Source of the DNA: Eledone cirrhosa
Taxonomy: Eukaryota
Direction of reading: 5' to 3'
Length of the DNA: 64,000 nucleotides
Assembly (NCBI GenBank): GCA_964016885.1
Contig: OZ024755.1
Span: 35,402,001-35,466,000 of the forward strand
Shown: piece by piece, positions 38,068-50,897 of the stretch
Numbering within the stretch: position 1 is the stretch's first letter
Layout: each line of letters begins with the position of its first letter
Notes under the pieces: generated by a model
What the model saw: only the letters and a program-made list of their open reading frames with translations
The model's database searches: none
What the model was told of the DNA's origin: nothing
Position numbers and translations under genes: made by a program

Positions 38068-40083
38068 GGATATGAAGACGGGTAAGGCGGCTGGGCCTTC
38101 GGAAATAGTTGCTGAGATGCTGAAGGCATCTGGCACGGTGGGACACACCATGGTCACCCGCATAGTTAACCAAGTCGTACAGAATGGGGTTGTTCCGAAG
38201 GACTGGCATAGCAGCATCATCGTTAACTGTTATAAGGATAAAGGGGACGCTCTAGATAGGAGTAACTATAGAGGCATTAAATTAATCGACCAGGTCATGA
38301 AGGTCACGGAAAAAGTAATAGCACAACTAATCAGAGAGAGAATTGACCTAGATGAAATGCAGTTCGGGTTTGTGTCAGGCAAAAGTACCACAGACGCTCT
38401 TTTCATTGTACGACAACTACAGGAGAAGTACCTAGCTAAAGGTAAACCCCTCTACTTAGCTTTTGTCGACTTGGAGAAAGCCTTCGACAGAGTCCCCCGC
38501 TCCATTATCTGGTGGGCTCTTAGAAAACTAGGCGTTGACGAATGGCTTGTGAGAGCTATACAAGCCATGTATAAAGAAACAGTCAGCAAGGTTAGAATTA
38601 ACAACGAATATAGTGAAGAGTTTAGCGTAAAAGTTGGCATCCATCAGGGCTCTGTTCTCAGCTCCCTACTATTTATTATTGCCCTTCAGGCTATAACAGA
38701 GGAGTTCAAGACCGGCTGCCCATGGGAACTCCTATACGCAGACAACCTGACACTCATAGCGGAATCAATGGCCGAGCTAGAGAAGAAATTCCAAACATGG
38801 AAGCACGGCCTAGAATCAAAAGGACTTAAAATTAACCTGGCTAAGACTAAAGTTCTAGTTTGTAGGAAAGAAAATAAGGCGGCGGTCCCTTCTGGGAAAT
38901 GGTCGTGCTCGGTGTGTAGGAAAGGCGTAGGTAGAAACTCCATTTTATGTCCTAAATGCAAAGTATGGGTGCATAAAAGATGTAGTGGGATCACAGGTAA
39001 GCTAACTAAGAACATAGATTTTACATGTGGCCGGTGCTCTGGTCCAATAAGTAGCAGCAAGTGCCCACAAAATACTAGCTCTTTCAATTGCGCAGAGGGT
39101 TCTATAGAAATAGTGGACAGCTTCCGTTACCTGGGTGATAAAATCAGCAGTGGGGGAGGGTGCTCTGAAAGTACAGTAGCTAGAGTCAGAACTGGTTGGA
39201 AAAAGTTCAGAGTGCTTATACCACTATTAGCTGCTAAAGGGTTCTCCCTAAAAATGAAAGGCAGGTTGTACGATGCCTGCATACGAACAGCAATGTTGCA
39301 TGGCAGTGAGACCTGGGCATTGTCTGCAGAGGATATACGCAGACTAGAGAGGAACGAAGCTTGCATGCTCCGCTGGATGTGTAACAGTAATATACGTGAA
39401 CGGCAAAGCATAAACGAACTAAGGAAAAAATTAGAAATAAGAGGGATCAGATGTTTACTCGAGAGAAGGCTACGTTGGTATGGACACGTGATGCGCATGA
39501 AAGTCGATAGCTGTATAACAAAGTGCAGGGCAATAAAGATAGACGGTAGCCACGGAATAGGCAGACCTAGAAAAACCTGGGACGAGCTGATAAACTCCGA
39601 CCTCACACACTTACAACTCTCCAAGACAATGTCACTGGACCGAGACCTTTGGCGGTACTCAGTAACAGAGAAGACCCGCCTTACCTAAATACATAGTAAA
39701 ACCTACTACAGCCAGGAGGCATCTCTAACAAAATACACCCCCCCCCCGTCCCAAGACCACCATCCCCACCCCATCCACACCACCCCGTTCTATGTAAAGT
39801 TATGTTGGTGCCACACCATCCAGGCCGAAACAAATGAGATCGTGTAGGTGTCACGACAAAAAAACACACAGTCCACGCTGTAATGTGGCCGTGTAGGCAA
39901 CACGGTAAAAACCTCCCAGACCCACACTGTAAATGTGGTTGGTGTTAGGAAGGGCATCCAACTGTAGAAAACCTGCCAGACAGTCCTATGCGAGCAAGAC
40001 AATCACTCTTGCCTCAAGTGGGACTACCCCCGTCCAAACCCATGCAAGCGTGGAACACGGACGTTAAACGTTGATGATGATGA
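38068..40083 (+). mobile_element. 5'-truncated RTE LINE with long 3'UTR
   Basis: Uninterrupted RT ORF followed by a 3'UTR ending CCCATGCAAGCGTGGAACACGGACGTTAAACG(TGA)n; splits a 72-bp unit. Confidence 0.95.
38072..39688 (+). CDS. RTE reverse transcriptase (N-truncated, 538 aa) with inserted C4HC3 PHD finger; probably inactive (YADN)
   Basis: KAAGP, NYRGIKL, QFGF, FVDLEKAFD, QGSVLS, YADN, FRYLG, RLRWYGHVMR, GRPRKTW. Confidence 0.85.
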   Translation: MKTGKAAGPSEIVAEMLKASGTVGHTMVTRIVNQVVQNGVVPKDWHSSIIVNCYKDKGDALDRSNYRGIKLIDQVMKVTEKVIAQLIRERIDLDEMQFGFVSGKSTTDALFIVRQLQEKYLAKGKPLYLAFVDLEKAFDRVPRSIIWWALRKLGVDEWLVRAIQAMYKETVSKVRINNEYSEEFSVKVGIHQGSVLSSLLFIIALQAITEEFKTGCPWELLYADNLTLIAESMAELEKKFQTWKHGLESKGLKINLAKTKVLVCRKENKAAVPSGKWSCSVCRKGVGRNSILCPKCKVWVHKRCSGITGKLTKNIDFTCGRCSGPISSSKCPQNTSSFNCAEGSIEIVDSFRYLGDKISSGGGCSESTVARVRTGWKKFRVLIPLLAAKGFSLKMKGRLYDACIRTAMLHGSETWALSAEDIRRLERNEACMLRWMCNSNIRERQSINELRKKLEIRGIRCLLERRLRWYGHVMRMKVDSCITKCRAIKIDGSHGIGRPRKTWDELINSDLTHLQLSKTMSLDRDLWRYSVTEKTRLT

Positions 40084-41657
40084 TACTATTGTATTTTCCT
40101 GGTAAAGGCTTTACCTCACATAATATCAAATCTATGAGATTTTGATATTTATATTGAGAATAATACCTTAACATAGGTGAAAGGAGGCAGTTAGAGCTAG
40201 TTTGAACAGAAAGAGGTGAGAGAATCCTGGCTGGATACAGCTGGTTTATATGCTAAAGGGTTAAATTGTACAACCTGTGCCAACAAATGGGTTCTTTAAA
40301 GACATAAAACCATCATTACTGTTCAGATTATGTACCACAAGATTCAATCTGGTTGATATATCTGACAACCCATTGAAAAATATTTTGTTTTTTATAGTAA
40401 AATATGTGTAGAATTTCACATATCTTGAGTTCAAAACCTTTTCTGGTACCCCACTGTGCATAGTTTGGACAAAGCACACAATTCTACTACAACAGTTCAG
40501 TTAGCTGCCAATCTACAAGCGATAGTATTCGTATCCAAGAGAAGATTTATTTCTCCTTTTCTTAACACTATTGACTCTTAACAGAATTGACTCTTAAAAG
40601 ATCCTTGTAAGATATTGTTATGATTTGTTTTTCTTGTACATTTTTTTCTCTTCTTAGTTTAATCTTGTCTTCAAATTCAGACTATTTCCTTCTAAACAGA
40701 CTTGGATAATTGTTGCTTTATATTCCCACTTCTACGCAGCTAATTGCTACATGATAAATAACCTGCAGAAAATTGAAGAATTCTCAACAGGAAATTATAG
40801 GTAAATAAAAGGCAACAAAATGAAAATCGAGACAGTGTCAGCATACAACAAATTTCTGTTTTTAACACTTCAGTATATTTTGCATAAATCTTGTAGAATT
40901 CCTATGTATTCTAGCCAAACCAGTTGTTTCTCAAATGGAATCTTTCTTTATAGCAAAAGATTTCTGTTACTGTTGGCAAAAAGTATTTAGATTCTTGTTT
41001 TTTGGGGTTTTTTTCTATTTAAACCATAAACCACAAACAATTTCCTTATTTTTTACATATGAAAAGAAATATTTTTCAGATGTTCATTAATACTTTTCCG
41101 ATATTTCATTAATATATAAATATATATGTTGGGGTTTTTTTGGCGGGGAGGGTTTCAATATTTAGAAAAAAAATGTATTGCTTCTTATTCTTTATTTTAA
41201 TTTTCTTTTTAGACAATGTCATTGATATTCTAACATTATTATTAACATTATTATCATCTATATTATTTGTATTATTATTATTATCGAGAATGTGTTTCAA
41301 CAAGCAGTCTTTTGTGTAGAGGGTTAAAAGGAAGTTAAGCAAAAATTGGAAAATATATAAGAAAACAAAAAATGAATTCGGTGGTATAAGCAAAGAATTT
41401 TAGCTTTCAGACATGGCATGATTTTAATAAAGGTTATTGAATATAAGCTCTCCATGTTTTCCAATATTTTCATAATCAAAGCTCTTTTGTGAAAGAACAT
41501 GAAATCTTGAGGAAGAGATTTTAGAGTTGATGTTAGCAGTATATTTTCTCTGTAGGTACCCTAGAAAAAGTTTACATCATTAATGTGTAATGATACACAG
41601 ATACATCTGATAATCTACCAATAAACATTTATAAACTTAACTTGCATTTATACTGAA

Positions 41658-42560
41658 ATATACACACATATATACGTACATATACATACACACATATGCA
41701 TATACACTCATATATATATATACATACACACACACATGCATATACACACATATACGTACATATACATACACACACACATGCATATACACTCATATGCATA
41801 TACTCATATATATATACATATACATACACACACATGCATATACACTCATATATATATACATATACATACACACACACATATGCATATACACTCATATATA
41901 CATATACATACACACACATATGCATATACACTCATATATATATATATACATATACACACACATGCATATACACTCATATATATATATATACATACACATG
42001 CATATACACTCATATATACATATACATACACACACACATATGCATATACACACATATATACGTACATATACATACACACACATATGCATATACACTCATA
42101 TATACATCTACATACACACACACATATGCATATACACTCATATATACATATACACATATCCATATACACTCATATATACATATACACATATCCATATACA
42201 CTCATATATACATATACATACACACACATATGCATATACACTCATATATATATATACATACACACACACATATGCATATACACTCATATATACATACATA
42301 TACATACACACATGCATATACACTCATATATATATACATATACATACACACACATGCATATACACTCATATATATATACATATACATACACACACATGCA
42401 TATACACTCATATATATATATACATACACACACATATGCATATACACTCATATATATATATATACATACACACACACATATATGCATATACACTCATATA
42501 TACATATACACACACATATGCATATACACTCATATATATATATACATACACACACATATG
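41658..42560. repeat. (TA/CA) minisatellite with recurring ATGCATATACACTCATATATA unit
   Basis: Visible in sequence. Confidence 0.9.
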
Positions 42561-43177
42561 TTAAAATACACTCGGTAGAGTATAAGACCATATATAAGCA
42601 AAATGCAAACCCTCAGCTTGTCTGGAAGGTCAGAAGCCCCATATAAGTAATGACACATATCTGAAGATCCATCCAACCCTTGCTTTTGGGGTCAATAGAC
42701 GTTAAATGGTGAAGATGAGGATAATAATTGTTTCTACTTTAGGCACAAGGCCAGCAATTATCCCAGTACATTACTGGTACTTTATTTTATCGACCCCGTA
42801 AGGATGAAAGGCAAAGTCAACCTCGGCGGGATTTGAACTCAGATCGTAAAGGGACATAACTATGCTGGAAAGCATGGCGTACGACCCTCTACCGATACTG
42901 CCAATCCACCGCCATTGATGAGGATAATAATACTATGTTATATATATATATGTGTGTGTGTATATGGTATATTAAAATATGACTGTTTAAGTTTTATCTA
43001 TTTTAATTAGAATGTTTCATATTCAAAGTCAAGCAGTTTTTTCTGTGACTTACAATTTCTTCATGTTTTGCTGTTGAATTTTTGAAAAGTTAACACTTCA
43101 CATCTGTAGTCTTACACTAACACCATTATTTTCACTGATTCACTCACATACTTCATTATATTTCTCTCTCTCTCTCT

Positions 43178-43253
<76 letters not shown>

Positions 43254-44130
43254 GTCCATAGCTTAGTGGTTAGAGCATTGGCCTTGCAATCGAAAGGTTG
43301 TGAGTTCTCAGACCGGGTGATATGTTGTCTCCTTGAGCAAGACACTTTATTTCACATTGCTCCAGTTTACTCAGCTGTAGAAATGAGATGATAGGGACTG
43401 GGGTCCCTATCATTCCTCTGCAAAGTGGTCGTGGAGGTGCCACGGCAAAAAAGCACCCAGCACTCACTGTAAATGAGGTTGGTGTTAGGAAGGGCATCCA
43501 GCTGTAGAATTCAAGCCAGAATCAGTTCCCGTCCCACCCTTGCAAGCAGGGAAAATCGGACGTAAAATGAAATGATGATGATGATGATGAATGATGATAT
43601 ATATCGGTTTGTGTAAAGGAATTTTATTCCTTTGTTCCAAATTTGAATTGACCGCCAAAACTGGGGATTACCTCCCTTCGGGAAAACCATGTGTCTTCTG
43701 ACAGTGCTTACTGCTAGCATTCACACCCAGGCGGACAAGAACGAAAAACTTGTTGACGAAGTAAATTCCTTGTTCTATCTTCCAAAAACCATTAATGTGC
43801 AGACCCCTGCAAGCGGATGTTGTCGATTTCAGATTTACAGAAACCTAGCGGAGATATATATTATATGTGATGTATATTATATGGTATATATCATGTGTTG
43901 TGTATGATGTTGACGCGATGGTCCAGGTTAGTCAAACATTTTATCCTGAGTTCAGTTTTTTTCGTCGCTATGGTCACTGCAGCCCGTTTATCGGTCGCTG
44001 TCTTCAATTTGCAAAGCTGTCTAAACGTAATGTTATAACTCTATAACCCTATTGAGTGCTTAGCTGCACACCGAGATTGCATTCGTTAGCTTGGCTGCAA
44101 CCAGAGCTTCGATGATGCTGTACTAAATTT

Positions 44131-44163
<33 letters not shown>

Positions 44164-44172
<9 letters not shown>

Positions 44173-44599
44173 GTGTGTGGTGTGTGGTGTGTGGTGTGTG
44201 GTGTGTGGTGTGTGGTGTGGTGTGTGGTGTGTTGTGTGGTGTGTGGTGTGTTGTGTGGTGTGTGGTGTGTGGTGTGTTGTGTGGTGTGTGGTGTGTTGTG
44301 TGGTGTGTGGTGTGTTGTGTGGTGTGTGGTGTGGTGTGTGGTGTGTGGTGTGTGGTGTGGTGTGTGGTGTGTGGTGTGTGGTGTGTGGTGTGTGGTGTGT
44401 GGTGTGGTGTGTGGTGTGTTGTGTGTGGTGTGTTGTGTGGTGTGTGGTGTGGTGTGTGGTGTGTGGTGTGGTGTGTGGTGTGTGGTGTGTGTGTGTGTGT
44501 TGTGTGGTGTGTGGTGTGGTGTGTGGTGTGTGGTGTGTGGTGTGTGTGTGTGGTGTGTGGTGTGGTGTGTGGTGTGTGGTGTGTGGTGTGTGTGTGTGT
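44164..44599. repeat. (GTGTGGT/GTGTG)n simple repeat
   Basis: Visible in sequence. Confidence 0.95.
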
Positions 44600-45132
44600 C
44601 TAGGGAGTGTAATGCGGAGTTACCATAGGTTCTTCCAGGTGAGCACTCGTTTAGGTTCACTTCTGTATCAAGGTGTAGAGCTAAACAGAGCGTATTATAA
44701 TAAAATAAAACAAGGACGAGTGGTTACTCCTTCATTACGTTTATTGGTTGGTGATGCAAGGTTTGATCTGTATCGATGTAGCCCAACTCTGTAATCAATG
44801 GCTCATCGGTCCTCTGTGGTAGTAATGGGTTATAGTTTATTTTATTATTATATATATATATATATATATAAGAGGAGATATTTATCATAAGAAAGGAGGA
44901 AAGAGAGAAAGAAAGTGTGATACAGTAAATTAAACACCAATAGCTGAAGCGAGGTGTGCTCAATGCTTAGGGTTGCAGTGTTAAATATTGAAGAAGTGTT
45001 AACAAAGTATATACATTGCATACACACACAAAAAAATATGTATGAAATGTTATTCGCTGTTGTATAGATTCATATATATATATAAATAAATATATAAAAA
45101 AGAAAAATTTCGCTCTACATGGCTGAATACAA

Positions 45133-45775
45133 TGAATGTAATCTGAGTTTTTTGAATATTAATATTAACATTTGATTTGTTTGCAATTACGCAAACAAGC
45201 CTCAATTTTATAGCCATGTCAGTAAAATGAACCCTTCATTCTTGCTCTTGCGTTGGCATGTGAACAGAACTGCAGACACTCATGTTTCTAGGTATCACCC
45301 TTCATCACTACAGCTCCCTGTTCACCTGCCAAACTGTCAGAGCTAGTGAAAATATATGCTATTTTCAAAAATACACAGTTACTGATCGGCCTGATTTGCA
45401 TATTAGCAGACTGGCTGATCAGTTAGATCTGCATATTAGCAGACTGGCCAGTCAGTTTCCTGTATACGAGCGATATGCAGATCTGACTGATCAGCCAGTC
45501 TGCTAATATGCAAATCAGGCCGATCAGTCACTGTGTATTTTTGAAAATAGCATATATTTTCACTAGCTCTGACAGTTTGGCAGGTGAACAGGGAGCTGTA
45601 CTGATGAAGGGTAATACCCAGAAACATTAGTGTCTGCAGTTCTGTTCACATGCCAACACAAGAGTAAGAATGAAGGGTTCGTTCTACTTACATGGCTATA
45701 AAATTGAGGCTTGTTTGCGTAATTGCAAACAAATCAAATGTTGTTAATATTCGAAAAACTCAGATTACATTTATT
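45133..45775. mobile_element. Long fold-back element (arms about 45133-45435 / 45472-45775)
   Basis: About 300-bp inverted arms, each containing a hammerhead motif. Confidence 0.85.
45579..45654 (+). ncRNA. Type I hammerhead ribozyme with extended stem I
   Basis: GGCAgGTGAACAGggagCTGTA-CTGATGA-aGGGTaatACCCa-GAAA-CATTAGTG-TC-TGCAGttCTGTTCACaTGCC; minus-arm copy (45255-45330) has GTGATGA (C3G). Confidence 0.85.
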
Positions 45776-46307
45776 TATTTATTTATATATATATATCATC
45801 ATCATTTCATTTTATGTCTGCTTTTCCCTGCTTGCAAGGGTGGGACGGGAACTGATTCTGGCTTGATTTCTACGGCTGGATGCCCTTCCTAACACCAACC
45901 TCATTTACAGTGAGTGCTGGGTGCTTTTTTTTTTTTGCCGTGGCACCTCCACGACCACTTGACAGTGGAATGATAGGGACCCCAGTCCCTATCATCTCAT
46001 TTCTACAGCTGAGTAAACTGGAGCAATGTGAAATAAAGTGTCTTGCTCAAGGAAACAACACATCACCCGGTCTGAGAATTGAACTCACAACCTTTCAATT
46101 GCAAGGCAAATGCTCTAACCACTAAGCCATATATATATATAAATAAAAAAAACAAGGACGAATGGTTACTCCATTACGTTGGAGACGAGCATTTCACTAC
46201 TGATCAGCTCTGGAATCAAAAGCTTGTTGGACCTCTGTGGTAGTAATGACAGATTCATTTTGTCCACATACCTTCAGAGGTAATTAAGGAGTAACCATTC
46301 GTCCTTG

Positions 46308-46341
<34 letters not shown>

Positions 46342-46386
46342 GTGACGAAGCATAAGTCACATGCATTAACTCATAATCCTTTATTT

Positions 46387-46442
46387 ACTGCTATATATAT
46401 TTCGATGATAGCCATTGAATGGCTATGACCTCATCAGGCAGT
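46387..46442 (-). ncRNA. Type I hammerhead ribozyme motif
   Basis: rc: ACTGC-CTGATGA-GGTcATAGCCAttcaaTGGCTATcATC-GAAA-TATATA-TA-GCAGT. Confidence 0.85.
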
Positions 46443-47617
46443 TAGTTCTTAGATATGCCAGCTCTGTGTTTATAGTGTTGATGGTATCAGAGCCTTGTTT
46501 CCTTGAACTATATATATATATATATATATATATAGTTGCTCAATATATATATAGTTCAAGGAAACAACAAACAGAGGTACAAAATGTCTTAGTTTCATGC
46601 TTCATATGGAAAAGAGGAAAGAAAGTTTGACGTGTTGGACTTTAGCCCTTCTTCAGGGGTACAAAAATATTGACAGGATCACAGAAAATAAAAAGTAAAA
46701 AAAGTAAAAAAACAATGAAAATAATTGTTTCTACTTTTGGCACAAGGCCAGCAGTTATCCCAGTGCATTACTGGTACTTTATTTTATCGACCTCGAAAGG
46801 ATGAAAGGCAAAGTTGACCTCGGCGGGATTTGAACTCAGACCATAAAGGGCCGTAACTCTGTGCTGCAAAGCATGGCGTCCGACCCTCTACCGATACTGC
46901 CAATCCACCATTCAAAAACAATGAAAATAATTGTTTCCACTTTTGGCACAAGGCCAGCAATTACCCAGTGTATTACTGGTACTTTATTTTATCGACCCCG
47001 TAAGGATGAAAGGCAAAGTTAACCTCGGCGCGATTTGAACTCAGAATGGAATCCAATCCACCATTAAAAACAATGAAAATAATTGTTTCTACTTTAGGCA
47101 CAAGGCCAGCAAATACCCAGTGCATTACTGGTACTTTAAAAACAATGAAAATAATGAGAGTAAACAAGACAGATAGGTAGTCTTGGTAACAATTTAGGAA
47201 CGCAAAGCTGTGTGTGTGTGTATTAGTGTCAATATCATATGTATGTGTATGTTTAAATGTGTTTTTTTAAAGGTTTATTGTGTAAAATATCAAAGTTTGT
47301 GTGTGTTACGCGTATATCTGTGGTAGTAGACTTGTATGTGTGAGTGAATGTAAATTGAATGTGTGTGTGTGTGGTATGTGGTAGTAGACTTGTATGTGTG
47401 AGTGAATGTAAGTTGAATGTGTGTGTGTGTGGTATGTGGTAGTGGACTTGTATGTGTGAGTGAATGTAAGTTGAATGTGTGTACTGTATATGTGCTTTGA
47501 AGTTATTTTGTGTGTGGAAAGTAACTGGCTGTGTGTGTGAGTGTGTGTTCTGATTCTTGCTGGTAGTAGCACTTTGATAAATTCCCTAATGCTGAGTCAA
47601 ACGTAGATCAAGATATA

Positions 47618-47783
47618 CCGTATTCTCCGGCGCTGAAGATGCTTCGTCCTCGACGATACACCAATTTTGACAAACAAAAATTTGAAAAAAAATAATAAAC
47701 AACCTTCGGTCTCCAGGACGCATGGTAGATTTTTTATACTTATTTCAGGGGAAAAGTAGTGTCTTCGACACAGGGAAATATGG
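47618..47783. mobile_element. Tc1/pogo-type MITE
   Basis: TA-CCGTATTCTCC ... GGAAATATGG-TA imperfect TIR with TA TSD. Confidence 0.55.
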
Positions 47784-47809
47784 TAATATCTATTCTAGAA
47801 AGGTCAGAA

Positions 47810-48860
47810 GGACCCAAATTAGTATTCAACCCAAGTTTGATTGAAGTACCAGCAACTATCAAGCAACTGTCATACAATAAATCTGGTAAAGCTGGCACCC
47901 ACCTCAAATTTTCAAATATCATGGTAAAAAAAGTGGTTCATAAGCTTCTTTGGCTTTTTCTGGAAATCTGGAAGGACGAACATGTCCTTTGAGATATCAG
48001 AGATGCATTTATAATCAATCTGTTCATGAACAAAAATTTTTTTTAAAAATCTATCTGTGACTTATGGCCTCTCCCTTATCTCTAGCTAACCATGACAACC
48101 ACATCAAACAAAGGTAATAAAAATAACAATGATAGAAAGAATGGTAACAAGAATGACAATGGCAAAAATAAATTTAAAAAACGAACAGAAATTTACTTCT
48201 TTGAGTGATAATGAGTGAAACAGAAAAACTAAACTGTTGTTCTCAACAGAATTACATCTAGACTTGGTGATATCTACCCTGAAAATCAATATGATTTCTG
48301 CACTGGTCAGGGTGTAATTGCCAGATTTCAGAGAAGGTTCATGAAAAGAACCAGCAGCTGTTTATAGATTTTGTCAACCTGACCAAAGTTCACAGAAAAA
48401 TCTTCAAAAGTTAGTCATACCTGAAAATAAGCTAAATGTCATGTCTACTGATAAGGTCATGAAAACATCAATTATGTCAAATAGTGAATGATCTGAACCC
48501 TTAGGAGCTATGAACAATATGCCACAGGGTTGTGTCATGGCTTCTGTTCTCTTTGAATCTCCTTGTTCCCACCACTGTTGATGGCAAGGATCTGAAGTAT
48601 GTAAATTTCTTCACCTACCTTGAGCAGATAGTTCAACCACTCTGAGGCTCTGGATGATGAAATTATCAATTACATCTCCAAAGCGACTGAGGCTTTTGGT
48701 AAACTATATCATCGTCTATTGAGTGCCAGAGTTGTAATCCTGAAAACAAAAGTATTGACAACACTCTTATACAGCTCATAGTCATGGACATTTTACTACA
48801 CCCTCATTCATAAGCTTAATGTATTTCACAAACACTGTCTTCGTTCTAGCTGTGGTTATG
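47810..48860 (+). mobile_element. Old, heavily decayed RTE/BovB-like RT remnant
   Basis: Residual motifs PENQYDF, DFVNLTK, QGCVMASVLF, FTYL, LDDEI..SKA..AFGKL, TLLY. Confidence 0.6.
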
Positions 48861-48957
48861 ACAGCAAAGTTATTGGTGGCTAACCTTACAGAGGTGTCAG
48901 GTGATTCCCATGAGGGTGCCTGGTTATTTCAGCACCTTAGCCTCACCTTACAGAGGA

Positions 48958-49408
48958 AACCGCGGAGTGGGGAGACCCAAGATGACCTGGGATGAGGTGA
49001 TAAAAGCCGACCTTACCCAATTACACCTCTCAAAGGCGATGACACATGATCGTGACCTCTGGCGTCACGCAGTAATACAGAGTACCCGACCTCCCATGGG
49101 TACAAGCTGAAGCATATAGACAATATGCCTCCACACCCTCCCACTGCAAGGTGGTCGTAGAGGTGCCACGGCAAAAAAGCACCCAGCCCACACTATAAAG
49201 TGGACGTGTAGGCGCCACGGAAAAGCACCCAGCACTCACTGTAAATGAGGTTGGTGTCAGGAAGGGCATCCAGCTGTAGAAATCAAGCCAAATCAGTTCC
49301 TGTATGAGCAAGGCATGGTCAGCCGACCAGACATTGCCCACAACAGGACAACCCGTCTAACCCATGCTAGCGTGGAAGAACGGACGTAAAACGGTGATGA
49401 TGATGATG
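48958..49408 (+). mobile_element. RTE LINE 3' end with 3'UTR (third subfamily)
   Basis: GRPKMTWDEVIKADL..DRDLWR; the UTR matches the SINE B body; (GAT)n tail. Confidence 0.85.
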
Positions 49409-50866
49409 AATACGGTAATATACAAACTTACTCAAAAGTATATCAACATCATCCGGGGGCCGCAGCCGAAATCGACTCAACAATTGGGTCTGTTGTCCAT
49501 TGCCAGAATCTCTGGAGATGACATCGGGATAGGAGAGCTTGCGCCCCCTGTTATTAGTGGCTGCTTGTGATTCCAAAACACTAAAAGGGACACAGCCTCG
49601 TAGGTGGCACGGTGGCCAGCAAATCTTACTCTCCTTTTACGTACAATCAGCAGTAAATAGCTCCTCTTTAACAGGTGTTAGTGTAGCGAAAGCGACATAA
49701 ATAGCCTGCCTTAGACCAGCGCAGGCAGGAGTTTGGAGCGGTTCTTGATAGAGTAAACATGTGAACTATTGCTTCCTACAGAACTGTTGGGGTCTTACAG
49801 ACTCTTACTATCTCTTACTCGCTCTCTTTCACTCAATCTCTCTCTTAACCAAGACAGTGAAGTTCATGATGTTTTCTTGGTAAAAGTAGAGTTAAAGTCA
49901 TATTTACCAACAAACAAATAATGTACATAATTCCTGTGTATTTTTCATATAGCTCCAGCGTAAGCTATTTTCAATAAATTAATAATATAGCGGTTTGGTG
50001 CCATCGTGGTTCATTTATATGTATTTATTTTCTGCGTGATCAAGGAACTATCATATCATCATCTTATTGAACACTTACTTACTTACCTGCACACATGCAA
50101 CCTCTGGTCACACTGTATCACACCAGAGTGACCACACACACAACAAATGAATCAACACCACAACACAATCAACGTCCAACTCGAGCCATCATATCATCGC
50201 TATATTAGAAACTCGAAGGTGCGATTACGTCATCGCAAGAAGCCAAGTCTAATAGTAAGCAATCAGTTTTACAACGTCTGTCGTATAAATACTAAATATG
50301 GATTCTGATTACCATTAAACAAATGTTTGTTGACTTCGAAGGAATGAAAGTCTGTCATGAATACAACAAAATATTCTGACTGAGGTTCATACGACTCTAG
50401 ACTCTACCAATTCTACGACTACAAGAATATTAAACTTTAACTCCAATGTTTTAAATATTTAAATATATATATATATATTATATATATATATATATAGCAA
50501 AAAGTATGACCCCGACGGGAGAGCTCAAGCCGTTTCGACGGCTATTTCAGTCCTGAAATAGCCGTCCAAACGGCTTGAGCTCTGCCGTCGGTGTCATACT
50601 TTTTCCTATTACCCACTCTACTACCCTAAGTATTGAGTACTCTGGTGCGTTATGGTCCATCTGGTTCCTTACCACAATTCCTTCGTTATATATATATATA
50701 TATATATATAGTAATAATAAATGTGAAGACTAAAATCGGATGAGGGCTCGATAAGGATTATATATATATAAACCCGTAGAGCAAATATTTATTATAACAA
50801 CAGATTAAAGTTTAAGCAAAAATCGCTGCTTTCACCCTTGAAGGGTGTTCTTATAATAAATAAATA

Positions 50867-50897
<31 letters not shown>

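Noticed and set aside
40261-40800. Possible exons (72-aa minus ORF; plus-strand 40740-40800)
   Set aside because: Weak or conflicting splice signals and no recognisable homology
44164-44599. Telomeric or interstitial telomeric array
   Set aside because: GTGTG/GTGTGGT units, not TTAGGG
46626-46660. Hammerhead-like remnants (also 21690-21735, 44780-44815, 50815-50852, 62795-62803)
   Set aside because: Core is incomplete or has several mutations; not counted
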